The notes under the pieces: model-generated
Seen by the model: only the letters and a program-made list of their open reading frames with translations
Databases searched by the model: none
What the model was told of the DNA's origin: nothing
Shown: positions 9,336 to 27,500 of the stretch, piece by piece
How positions within the stretch are numbered: position 1 is the first letter of the stretch
Layout: each line of letters begins with the position of its first letter
Sequence record: MZ444140.1
DNA: 64,000 bases
Reading direction: 5' to 3' (one strand)
Made by a program: the position numbers and the translations under genes

Positions 9336-9776
9336 CTATTTACCGTTTATATAAAGATTAAATGGACATTGACACATGAATTCCGCATTTAGAATACTTT
9401 CGATATTGTAACTAATTGATTTATCAGTGATGATGTTGATATCTAAATGCCATGTCTTAGTATTTTGAGTAACTAACCTGTATTCAATGTCAATACTAAA
9501 ACCTGGTGCATCAACTGGATCATCATCTCCTTCATTCTGATGGATAAAGTATGAAGATAAAGTATACCTGGCTTTAATATATTCATCTGGTTTTATAACT
9601 TTTAAAGGGGCATTGATATGTGAAATAAAACCATGATAATTAAATTCTTTATCCCTAATATCGATAACTTTAGGAGTAACCGATACATAGGCTGGCCATT
9701 GTGGTAGATCTAGTTCACCATGTTTAGATTGGTCTTTATCGATAATGTGAAAAGCTCTAACAATTCTATTGAACAC
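9336..9776 (-). CDS. Hypothetical protein, 146 aa
   Basis: ORF track; SD AAGG upstream. Confidence 0.6.
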   Translation of the reverse strand: MFNRIVRAFHIIDKDQSKHGELDLPQWPAYVSVTPKVIDIRDKEFNYHGFISHINAPLKVIKPDEYIKARYTLSSYFIHQNEGDDDPVDAPGFSIDIEYRLVTQNTKTWHLDINIITDKSISYNIESILNAEFMCQCPFNLYINGK

Positions 9777-9809
9777 TTGATATACCTTTTAACAAAAAAA
9801 TTATAAAGA

Positions 9810-9832
9810 AGAGTCCCCGTAATGGGGACTCT
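9810..9832 (-). terminator. Intrinsic terminator hairpin
   Basis: AGAGTCCCC-gtaat-GGGGACTCT with a T-rich tail on the minus strand. Confidence 0.8.
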
Positions 9833-9845
9833 ATTATATCGTATT

Positions 9846-10097
9846 TTATTTTTTATCGCGATTAGATGGTGCTAGTTTATAAAACTTCCGGAATTTATTA
9901 ATAGACAATGTAAATGAATCTTCCCTACCATCCGGATAACCAAGATAAACATCTCGGCGAGAGAGTTTAATTAGCTTATGCGCTGTAGACACGCCATTTC
10001 GTTCGACTAGAAAAGTACGACCAATATAATCTTCTAGGTTATCTAGATTAGTTGCAGGGATGTATTTAGATTCTTTCAGAGTCAGGGTAGTGCTCAT
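9846..10097 (-). CDS. Hypothetical protein, 83 aa
   Basis: ORF track; followed by a terminator. Confidence 0.6.
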   Translation of the reverse strand: MSTTLTLKESKYIPATNLDNLEDYIGRTFLVERNGVSTAHKLIKLSRRDVYLGYPDGREDSFTLSINKFRKFYKLAPSNRDKK

Positions 10098-10134
10098 TTA
10101 ATTTCTTCACCAATTACGAAATAATAAATTAATT

Positions 10135-11193
10135 TTATTTCCAGAGTGTTTTACCAATTAGATCATTTTCTGCAATGAATGCATCTAATTGATGTCCATA
10201 GTAAAGTAAACTATGAATTTGTTGATTTAGACGTTCTTTATTTGAACCTAAGAACATCTTGTGCTTTTCACTATCAGGTAGCTGATCGTAAACTCGTTGG
10301 CAGTACTTCTGTGCCACAACCTTACCAGATGCAAGGAAACGATCATCACCTTCGAATAACTGAGGGATAATATTTTCATCAAGATACTTACTGATTTCAG
10401 CATCTAGATCAAAATTAATAGTGTCATCGGTTGTTGCGACAGTATCTTCTTGCTGTTCATCATTCCATGGTATTTCAGAACTTACACTATCATCAAACTG
10501 ATCACTAGTTGTAGTTTTAGCTAGTTGTTCATCAAATGATGATTGTTTATTTTTCTGTTTATCACGCAGGAAAATAATTGATTCAACAATCTCATTAACA
10601 ATGATGTCTAGATCGCGATTGGTATCTACAACAATTGAACTAGGTTGATTAATTAAGCGTCCATAACCTTCATCTACTTTATTAAAGTAACTGGAACCCT
10701 TAGACTCATAATAGTCAAGACCTCGGTCGCGCATTTCAATTCGTTTTTTACGAACTTCTTCAGGAGCAGTTAAAAAGAAAGTAGCCGGTTCTGGAATAGA
10801 ATGTAGTGTTCCTTGAAGAATATCCATAAATAGTTTTGATAGGTATGGATTAGTTTCTTCAAAAGGTACTACATTAAGAGCATAAGTAGATGCAATGAAA
10901 CGTTCAGTGATAACGATTTTATCATCTTTTAAAGCAGGTCGAATAATGTTTTCTACATTAAGCATCCTACCTGCACTATGCATCAATACATCGAATTCTG
11001 GCGGACGAACTTCATCTTTAAATTCTGGCCAAATTAACATTTGTCGAATCTTTTCCGATGTAGCTGTACCACCTGGTTCACGCATTGCTACTACATCGTA
11101 ATTGCGCTTACGTAGTTCCTCAACAACCATCTTTGTAACAGTTGTTTTACCAACACCTTCAGTTCCTTCGATACATACAAATAAACCATTCAT
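10135..11193 (-). CDS. tmk: Thymidylate kinase with C-terminal extension (gp188-like)
   Basis: P-loop IEGTEGVGKTT, REPGGT, (T)ERF and YYE motifs in the first ~210 aa. Confidence 0.92.
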   Translation of the reverse strand: MNGLFVCIEGTEGVGKTTVTKMVVEELRKRNYDVVAMREPGGTATSEKIRQMLIWPEFKDEVRPPEFDVLMHSAGRMLNVENIIRPALKDDKIVITERFIASTYALNVVPFEETNPYLSKLFMDILQGTLHSIPEPATFFLTAPEEVRKKRIEMRDRGLDYYESKGSSYFNKVDEGYGRLINQPSSIVVDTNRDLDIIVNEIVESIIFLRDKQKNKQSSFDEQLAKTTTSDQFDDSVSSEIPWNDEQQEDTVATTDDTINFDLDAEISKYLDENIIPQLFEGDDRFLASGKVVAQKYCQRVYDQLPDSEKHKMFLGSNKERLNQQIHSLLYYGHQLDAFIAENDLIGKTLWK

Positions 11194-11195
11194 TA

Positions 11196-11525
11196 CTAAT
11201 CCCTCATCTTAAGTTTAATTACTGCTTCAACATTATCTTCTAAATCTTGTTGCGATAATTCTAATGAAGCTCTATAACCTAAGCTATATAGAACATCAAC
11301 TAATACATCAATGCTTAAAGCTGGTAAATTAAACATTTTAATATTCTCACTAAGTTCATCAGAGATGCCTAGTTTAGTGAAAACATCATCAATCAATACT
11401 TTTTGAGAAATGGCTTTTTGACGGGCAGTTTGTACAATTGCAATAACTAGATTATATTTGATATTGTCAGAATGTGATTTTTTATTATCACCATGAACTT
11501 CTTTAAATAAATTCTGATCCGCCAT
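11196..11525 (-). CDS. Putative XRE/HigA-like helix-turn-helix protein
   Basis: C-terminal LSIDVLVDVLYSLGYRASLEL pattern typical of XRE-type folds. This is pattern recognition only. Confidence 0.5.
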   Translation of the reverse strand: MADQNLFKEVHGDNKKSHSDNIKYNLVIAIVQTARQKAISQKVLIDDVFTKLGISDELSENIKMFNLPALSIDVLVDVLYSLGYRASLELSQQDLEDNVEAVIKLKMRD

Positions 11526-11553
11526 AATACTCAGTTCCTTAAATTATTAAAAT

Positions 11554-11580
11554 GTACTATTTAGCCATTAAACTTTTTTA
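11554..11580 (-). promoter_or_regulatory. Possible variant early promoter
   Basis: Minus strand TAAAAAAGTTTAATGGCTAAATAGTAC resembles the three TATATTAC elements; lies upstream of the HTH-tmk operon. Confidence 0.4.
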
Positions 11581-11594
11581 ATATAAAAAATGAC

Positions 11595-11615
11595 CAGTGG
11601 GCAATGCACCCACTG
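11595..11615 (-). terminator. Hairpin terminator
   Basis: CAGTGGG-caatgca-CCCACTG with a T-run downstream on the minus strand. Confidence 0.6.
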
Positions 11616-11645
11616 ATCTTATTATATTGAAATAGCTAGTATATA

Positions 11646-12050
11646 TTAGCTATTGACATCTTCAAAGAAGCTGGCTACACTTTCAACAACGTCAGTCATA
11701 GCGCTACTCTTATATTTGGTATCTACAACTGTTACAAGAGCACCACTGCGATCAATGATACCAGAAACAGTTGCACCGCCTGCATTATAAGAATAACCAA
11801 GCTCAGCAATGCTTTCATTTTCTTTCATGTACGGTGCGGCTTTTTCAGCAAATACATAACTTACAGCCGCTGCTAGTTGACCTGCACCTTCATGTACCTG
11901 CGCATACTGCTCGGCAGTAACGCCTGCTGGTTGAAGAACAACTTCTTCAAATAGACCGTCAGGGATCTCAAATACCCCGGCATCAGACATGCTTACTTTT
12001 TCATTTAGGTTGTGGGTTTCGATAAACTTCTTGGTGGTTTCGATGGACAT
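11646..12050 (-). CDS. Hypothetical acidic protein, 134 aa
   Basis: ORF track; SD AGAGAG; codon usage like that of highly expressed genes. Confidence 0.7.
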   Translation of the reverse strand: MSIETTKKFIETHNLNEKVSMSDAGVFEIPDGLFEEVVLQPAGVTAEQYAQVHEGAGQLAAAVSYVFAEKAAPYMKENESIAELGYSYNAGGATVSGIIDRSGALVTVVDTKYKSSAMTDVVESVASFFEDVNS

Positions 12051-12080
12051 TTTAGTACTCTCTCTATTTACGGTGGTGGT

Positions 12081-12374
12081 TTAATTTACATCTTTTATCA
12101 CAAAGCAACTACCATCATTAAAGACAACCTTAATTAGATTATCAGTTAATGGTCGTTTATATACAACACATTTTACATCGGGGAGTTTAACTACTTCTTT
12201 TAAAGCATCTGGCATACCAATTAGATTAATGGTAGTTAATACTTTATTCAGTGGGCCAAGATGTGAAGTCAGTTCTTGCGCTGACTTAATCAAATCTACC
12301 ATTGTTTTGTCTTTATCTACCATGCTAGTTACTCGATTTGATATATGAAGTACATACGTCACCCAGGTCTTCAC
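12081..12374 (-). CDS. Hypothetical protein, 97 aa
   Basis: ORF track; overlaps the upstream gene by 50 nt, and the start is uncertain. Confidence 0.55.
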   Translation of the reverse strand: MKTWVTYVLHISNRVTSMVDKDKTMVDLIKSAQELTSHLGPLNKVLTTINLIGMPDALKEVVKLPDVKCVVYKRPLTDNLIKVVFNDGSCFVIKDVN

Positions 12375-12879
12375 CAGAGTCGATCATCTCACGAGCATCA
12401 CCGATGGGAGTATCAGGGTGCTCACGCTCGGTTGCTTTAGCCACGTGTTCAATTGCAACTGGAGACCATCGAGCGGCGACAGCCTCACATACACCGATCG
12501 AATTCACTCTACGGATCATATGTGCACCAGTATCAATTACACTGAAACTGAGTTCACTAATAATTTCCACTCCTTTTAGTTTATCGATACTATCAATAAC
12601 CTGCGTACTAATTAGATAATTAGCTGTATCGTTATTATACGCAAGCACTAGTTTGAAACTCATTAGGGAGTTATCTTTATCGGTGTCCCCAGCGATTAAC
12701 TCATGATTTGAAGTGAGTGTATAGATACAACTACTCTCCTGAGCAGTAATTGGTGATCCTGGTGAAGAACTATATACACTAGGTGCATTAGCTGTATTTA
12801 GTGCAAACTTATTTACAGTGGAATTAGCGCCAGGAACTTTATAACCAATAGGTCTGGCAGTGAAAATTACAACGCTCAT
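12325..12879 (-). CDS. Hypothetical early protein, 184 aa
   Basis: SD AGAGGA; lies directly downstream of a TATATTAC promoter. Confidence 0.7.
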   Translation of the reverse strand: MSVVIFTARPIGYKVPGANSTVNKFALNTANAPSVYSSSPGSPITAQESSCIYTLTSNHELIAGDTDKDNSLMSFKLVLAYNNDTANYLISTQVIDSIDKLKGVEIISELSFSVIDTGAHMIRRVNSIGVCEAVAARWSPVAIEHVAKATEREHPDTPIGDAREMIDSGEDLGDVCTSYIKSSN

Positions 12880-12924
12880 TGTGATTCCTCTTTACTAGAT
12901 AGATGGTTTCCTAATTACACACTA

Positions 12925-12950
12925 GTAATATAAATCTCAAATTTTTTTTA
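12925..12950 (-). promoter_or_regulatory. phiKZ-type early (vRNAP) promoter
   Basis: Minus strand TAAAAAAAATTTGAGATTTATATTAC. TATATTAC is the phiKZ early consensus as I recall it, and this site aligns with two more copies at 38330 and 38846. Confidence 0.8.
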
Positions 12951-12962
12951 ATACGAAATAAA

Positions 12963-12980
12963 GCCTCCCCGAAGGGAGGC
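12963..12980 (-). terminator. Hairpin terminator
   Basis: GCCTCCC-cgaa-GGGAGGC directly after the Tad1-like gene. Confidence 0.8.
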
Positions 12981-12987
12981 ATTTATG

Positions 12988-13680
12988 TCAATTACCACTA
13001 TAGGTACCTTCAGTACCTTGTTCTTTACGTCTTACGAGGCGTTGATGAATTGCACTAAGAGCACGGTCCATTGAATTAATCACTACCTGATTCTCTTCAC
13101 ATGCAAATGGGCCTGCTTGATAACCTTCAAATAAATCTTTAACGATTTTAAGTAGACAGTCAGCAGTTAGGCCATTTACACCAACTTCTGGAACAAGTCC
13201 ATTCTGCATTAGGATAACACATTCAGTCAGATTATCACCAGGCATAGCAGCTGGGTTAGTCTGAGCATTATAACCAGTTACCACATAACGTTTAGTTGCA
13301 CCTGATTTCTGATCAATACCACTTGCTTCAATATTTAGACCATTTTCATCAAAATGTTCATGGCCATAAATACCTTGCATAGTTACCCATCCACCATCTT
13401 CTTGATAAATCCAATCTACCCCATTTACATGATAAGTATCACCTGGTTCAGGGTCAGTTGGAAGATCTTTAGTAGTGGTTAATGCACGGATACGCGCATA
13501 TTCTTCAATTGCAATTTGTACATCAGTTGCAGTAATTTTCTTCTCAGGTTCAGTAGCTTCATCTTGTTGAGACTTATCGCTACCTTCCTTTTGATCATTA
13601 TCCATATCGGAAGAATCTACTGTACTTTTAGCTTCTTTACTTTCTAAGGAAGCTAACCACTCAAGATTAGGTTTAGACAT
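12988..13680 (-). CDS. tad1: Tad1-family anti-Thoeris/anti-CBASS nucleotide sponge with ~105-aa N-terminal extension (gp184-like), 230 aa
   Basis: C-terminal LNIEASG..SGATKRYVV...ILMQNG..PEVGVNGLT..CLLKIVKDLFEGYQAGPFACEEN...HQRLVRRKEQGTEGT matches the Tad1 signature (FQ.G...G...LL.IV.DRL..FQ.GPF..REN..AL...R...R....G). The start is moved to the ATG at 13680, which follows SD GAGGT. Confidence 0.85.
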   Translation of the reverse strand: MSKPNLEWLASLESKEAKSTVDSSDMDNDQKEGSDKSQQDEATEPEKKITATDVQIAIEEYARIRALTTTKDLPTDPEPGDTYHVNGVDWIYQEDGGWVTMQGIYGHEHFDENGLNIEASGIDQKSGATKRYVVTGYNAQTNPAAMPGDNLTECVILMQNGLVPEVGVNGLTADCLLKIVKDLFEGYQAGPFACEENQVVINSMDRALSAIHQRLVRRKEQGTEGTYSGN

Positions 13681-13687
13681 ACTTACC

Positions 13688-13993
13688 TCAATAAATGAAA
13701 CCACCAATGTAAAGTGACACTACTACATCGGCAACCCGAGGGTCTTGTGAATATTTAGATTTGACTAGTTTAATAAGTTCGGCTCGATTTTTAATGAAGC
13801 CTAGTTTCTTATTATCAATTTCTTCAGCTTTAATTAGGAAGTCATCTAACTTCTTCTTACTACCCAGTAAATTAATCACCATTTGATCAATAACTGCATT
13901 AGAATTTGATAGTTTAGTTAATTCTTGTTCAAAAACTTCCTTACGTCCTTCTGATCCAATTAAAGCTAGACCGATCTTTTTAAGTAGAGACAT
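13688..13993 (-). CDS. Hypothetical helical protein, 101 aa
   Basis: ORF track; SD AGGT; its stop lies 7 nt before the Tad1-like start, so the two are probably co-transcribed. Confidence 0.65.
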   Translation of the reverse strand: MSLLKKIGLALIGSEGRKEVFEQELTKLSNSNAVIDQMVINLLGSKKKLDDFLIKAEEIDNKKLGFIKNRAELIKLVKSKYSQDPRVADVVVSLYIGGFIY

Positions 13994-14051
13994 GTTAATT
14001 ACCTATTACATTGGTTTAAGAATGGTTACAATAAATAACTATTCCAAGTAT

Positions 14052-22815
<8,764 letters not shown>

Positions 22816-22890
22816 ATTAAACTCCATTGACGATTAGTAAAGTATCATATCGTTGTTTAACTTAGTATTACCAAAATAGGAAAATAGAAA

Positions 22891-24546
22891 ATGAAGAAGG
22901 CATTAGTTCCTTTTAATATTTCTTTACTTATTCCTACTAAAGAACAATTAAAGTTCTTAGGTCAAGTAAAGAGTCATGAGATATTTGAAGGTTTAGGTGG
23001 TAACTTTCATGAAGATGGTTTGTTCTCTGTTTCCATTTTTGGAAGAGTTGGATCAACTGATCGTGAGAGTTTATTTGGATATATCCATTTAGGTTTAGAA
23101 CTTATCCATCCAGTTGTATATCGAAACTTAATTAAATTAAAAGCTTTCTATGAAGAAATTATTCTTGGTAAGGCATTTGCAGTATTTGATGAATCTATTA
23201 AAGATTTTATCCGCGCTGATGAACTAACTGGTAAAACTGGTTATACATTCTTTTTTGATAACTGGAAACGAATTGACTTTGGGACCACTAAGTCAGGGAT
23301 TCGGCTATCAAGGTTACAATTAATCGAAAAATATAAAGATAACTGTATTTTTAAAGACATGATTGTAACACCTGCTGCTTATCGTGATGCAGAGATTGAT
23401 GAGAATAATCGTGTTGAGATGGATGAGGTCAATGAACATTATAGATATCTATTAAATCAGTCGTTTGGTGTACCTGACAGTTTTGGACCAAACGATGACT
23501 TGAGTATCTATGATCGCAAACGAGTAGCGATGCAAAATACAGTATTAGCTATTTATGAACATTATGAAAGGTTATTAGCAGGTAGTAAACGAGGTTATAT
23601 CCAATCTAAATGGGCATCCCGTCGTATTGCCAATGGTACCCGTAACGTCATTAGTTCGCTAGATACTAATGCGGCTGATCTTGATTCACCTAATCGACCA
23701 ACATTCAAAGATGCCGTAGTTGGCTTACATCAAGCAGCTCGTTCAGTTGCACCGCGTACAATCTTTGCACTAAGGCAAGGTGTAGTTGGTGAAGTGTTTG
23801 ATACAGTTACTAACACTGTACAGCTCATCAATAAGAAAACACTACGTTTAGAATGGGTCGATATCTCTAACGAAGATATGGATTTATGGGGAACTCCTGA
23901 AGGGCAAGAACAAATCATCAATGAGCTAGATGTCATTGAAAAACGCTCACGTGCAATTGAAATTGCTGATCATTATCTAGCCCTTATTTACGTTGATGAT
24001 AAACAGAATTTTAAAATATTCCGCAACATCGATGAGTTACCTACTAATCTAAATAAGAAATTTGTTAGACCTATTACTTATGCCGAATTAGTTTACCTTA
24101 GTGGATTAAGTATGTGGCGAACAAACTCAGCGTTTGTTACACGATATCCTGTAGAAAACTACAATAGCTCTATCCCCTGTAAGATGTATGTTAAAACAAC
24201 CGTAGTGGGTGAATTACGTTATCCGTTAAATGATCAATGGGAACGTGATGATACGTTGGAACCAGCCTTAGAATTCCCTGTGTTTGAATTAAATAAACCA
24301 GCCCAGTGGCATGACTCAGTATCCATCTCTCCTTCTATTCTCGCGCCATTGGGGGCGGATTTCGACGGGGACACTGTATCATTTAACGCAGTTTATTCAG
24401 AGGAAGCTATCGCTGAAACAGATGCTTTCTTTAAGAAACGTATTGCATATATACATGCCGATGGTCGACTGGCATTTAGTGTTGGTGTCCATACACTCAA
24501 TTTAACTCTTCGGTACATGACTGGGGAACCCAAACAAAGGGATTAA
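22891..24546 (+). CDS. rpoC: Virion RNA polymerase beta-prime subunit, catalytic part (gp180-like), uninterrupted
   Basis: N-terminal FHEDGLFSVSIFG motif; Mg-binding GADFDGD at residues ~488-494. Confidence 0.92.
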   Translation: MKKALVPFNISLLIPTKEQLKFLGQVKSHEIFEGLGGNFHEDGLFSVSIFGRVGSTDRESLFGYIHLGLELIHPVVYRNLIKLKAFYEEIILGKAFAVFDESIKDFIRADELTGKTGYTFFFDNWKRIDFGTTKSGIRLSRLQLIEKYKDNCIFKDMIVTPAAYRDAEIDENNRVEMDEVNEHYRYLLNQSFGVPDSFGPNDDLSIYDRKRVAMQNTVLAIYEHYERLLAGSKRGYIQSKWASRRIANGTRNVISSLDTNAADLDSPNRPTFKDAVVGLHQAARSVAPRTIFALRQGVVGEVFDTVTNTVQLINKKTLRLEWVDISNEDMDLWGTPEGQEQIINELDVIEKRSRAIEIADHYLALIYVDDKQNFKIFRNIDELPTNLNKKFVRPITYAELVYLSGLSMWRTNSAFVTRYPVENYNSSIPCKMYVKTTVVGELRYPLNDQWERDDTLEPALEFPVFELNKPAQWHDSVSISPSILAPLGADFDGDTVSFNAVYSEEAIAETDAFFKKRIAYIHADGRLAFSVGVHTLNLTLRYMTGEPKQRD

Positions 24547-24548
24547 TC

Positions 24549-27500
24549 ATGCGCTTAAATATTACACAGTTTCTGAAAAATTATAGTGTACGCGAATATG
24601 CTAAACTTCAGTCACCTAAGTTGCATGCTCTAAATAAACTTGATCTACCTTTCGAATCCATTTATCAGTTCTTCGATGGTAATAATGCAGTAATGGGTCC
24701 TAGTCAAACAGACCCATTATTCTCCAAACATCAAGGTAAAGTATATATTGAGCATGTTACTGATATGCTTACATTTGAAGGTAATCCACGTAGGACTTCA
24801 AATATCCCAGCAACAATGATTCAAGAGTTTCGCCGCCAGAACCGTTTCTTTAAACCTTTACGCAGTGATACCGGTTTTAAATTATCAAACCAGAACATTC
24901 TGGTAATGAATTATAATTTAATTAACCCTCAATGGAATTATATGGCTTCTTATAAAGCTACATGGTTCCGTTGGTCAAATGACATGCGTACATTCTGGAG
25001 TGGCGTAGCGGCTGCATGTGAACGTTTTCCTGGTTGGAACCAGTTCATTGATGTACACTTACCTGAGTTAGTTCCACCTCCTTCTTCTTTTAATAAACTA
25101 CGAGGGGGTTTAACTCAAGATCTAGCTAATCAATTCAATACACCTGATATTCTAAATATATTTGATTTAGTTCGCTGGGTTTCTGATGATCGTGAAAGTT
25201 CTTTCATGAATGTCATCGATGCTAAGTATTACGGTAACATTAATCTTTTATTCCGTGTACAAAGTTCATTCTTTGTTATTAACTTAGGGATGCTTGATCA
25301 ATGGCGTCGTGATCCAGAAATTAAAGATGATAAAGGTTATGATACCCAGCAAATAGCTAGGCGCCTTATTTCACTAGTATCAGCGATGGTTGAATATAAC
25401 CAAGGTAATACTTCATTAATTAAAGAAGATACGCCTATCTTTAATGAAGATATTATTGTTGATGAAGAAACTCCGGTTAGTTATGAAGAAGGTGAAGCAG
25501 AAGAGGTTGAGGATGTTGAGTCTAATAACGTTGAAGAAGAAGTAACTGAAGTTGATGTTATTGATGATGTTCAATTTGACCCAACCAACTTAACTAACTT
25601 AATTGATATTGGCGCAATTGAGGTAACATATACCCCACCACCAGAAAGTGATCTTGAGGTAACAAAGCTTATCATTGAAAAAGATCCACTGGAATCTTCA
25701 CCTTCTCGCCAAATTAAAGAAGAGAAGGAACTCATTGTAACAGATGTACCAGAAGATGAGTTATTCATCAATACTGAAGTTGATGAAGAAGATAAACTAA
25801 TCGATGCCATTAGAGCTAAAGCATACGACATGTATCGCGTGAATATGATTTCTGCGAATACATTCGAGCAAGCTCAAGAAGATTCGATTATGTATCGTCG
25901 TCTACCTGATCCATTTACCGATCCTAATGATGAATCAGTAGAACCTATGACGATCGCTGAGGCGATGGAATATCATCCAGATGATCTTAAGATTCCAGAA
26001 GACACCACTTTTGAAGATAAGCCAACCATTGTTGATAAATCAATGTTGGGTAGTAAGTTAAAAGCCATCCAACGCAAATACAACAAGGTCTTATTAAAGA
26101 AAGATATTTTAAACAGTGTGTTATCTGTTCAGAAACAAGGCGTATCAGTAACTAATTACAAAATTGAAACTGTACGCGATTCTGGTAACCATTACCAAAT
26201 CCACAAAGTTACATTAAAGCCTATTCGTGGTAGAAGTTCACAAGTAATGTTCCGTATCCCTGTCATTGATAATGACGGTAGGTTCATGTCTAATGGGGTA
26301 ACATATCGCCAACGTTTACAACGTGCTGATATTCCAATTCGTAAAGTTAATCCACGTAAAGTTGCATTGACCTCTTATTATAATAAGACCTTTGTGACCA
26401 GATCTGAACGTGCTGAAAACAACTTTGATAATTGGTTAATCAGAGCGATTACCAACCGTGCATTAGATGGAAGTGATATGTCTGTACATTCAGTTACCTA
26501 TGCTGAATTAGATCAATCCAACTATGTTCTACCAAGGGTGTACACTACTTTAGGAACAGCTTTTAAAGGCTTCCATAATCACCGTAATGTGTTCTATTTT
26601 AATTTCAAAGATCGTAATGAATTCTTTGCAAAACAAGGATTACATATCGAAGATTATGAAACTGATGATTTGATAATGGTGGGGTTCAATGGCACTGATG
26701 CTATCTTGTTAGATAAGAATTCCATCTTTTACATGAAAACAGGTAATGAGCTAGAACCTATTGGTACCATTACAGATATACTTGGCTTAGATCTAACCAA
26801 AGCGCCGTTAGAAGCTATTCTAATGTCAATTGGTGGTAAAGAGCTACCATTAGGTTTCATTTTAGCATATCACCATGGCTTAAACAATCTACTTAAGAAG
26901 TTGAATGTTAATTATCAGCGTCATCAGCGTGGCACCAGGATTGTTGTCAATAGTACGGATTATACATTAGCGTTCGCTGATGAGATCCTAGTATTTGATC
27001 GAGCTGATTATAAAGCAATGCTTGTATTAAGTGGACTCAAGCGTTATCATAAATCACTGCGGCGTTATTCTGTTTATGATTTCAATAAACGAGATGTTTA
27101 CTTCAGGGTTCTTGAAGAAGCTGGATTAAGTAATAGATTTACACGTGATATTGATACACTCTTCTCAGCATGGGTCGATCCAATCACTGAGGGTCTACTC
27201 AAGGAGATGGGTGAACCAACTACTTTTGAAGGATTGCTTTATCGGTCTGTCGAGTTATTAACGAACGACTGGAGTCCAGCAGAAGTAGATGGTGCATATA
27301 TGCGCTATCGTGGTTATGAGCGCATGGCAGGGGCTATTTTTAATGAACTCAATAGAGCGGTACGTGTATTTAATATGCGTAATGGTGGGTCAGTGCAAAC
27401 TGTCGAGTTAGATCCACACGTGATCTGGCGCAAGATTGTACAAGATCCGACAGTAGCCACTATTGAAGATTCTAACCCCATTGCAAATATCCGTGAACAA

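Noticed and set aside
12988-13707. Assignment of the sponge-like gene to Acb2 or Tad2
   Set aside because: The motifs fit Tad1 (Q.GPF..EN, R...R) and not the Acb2 helical pattern or the Tad2/DUF2829 pattern.
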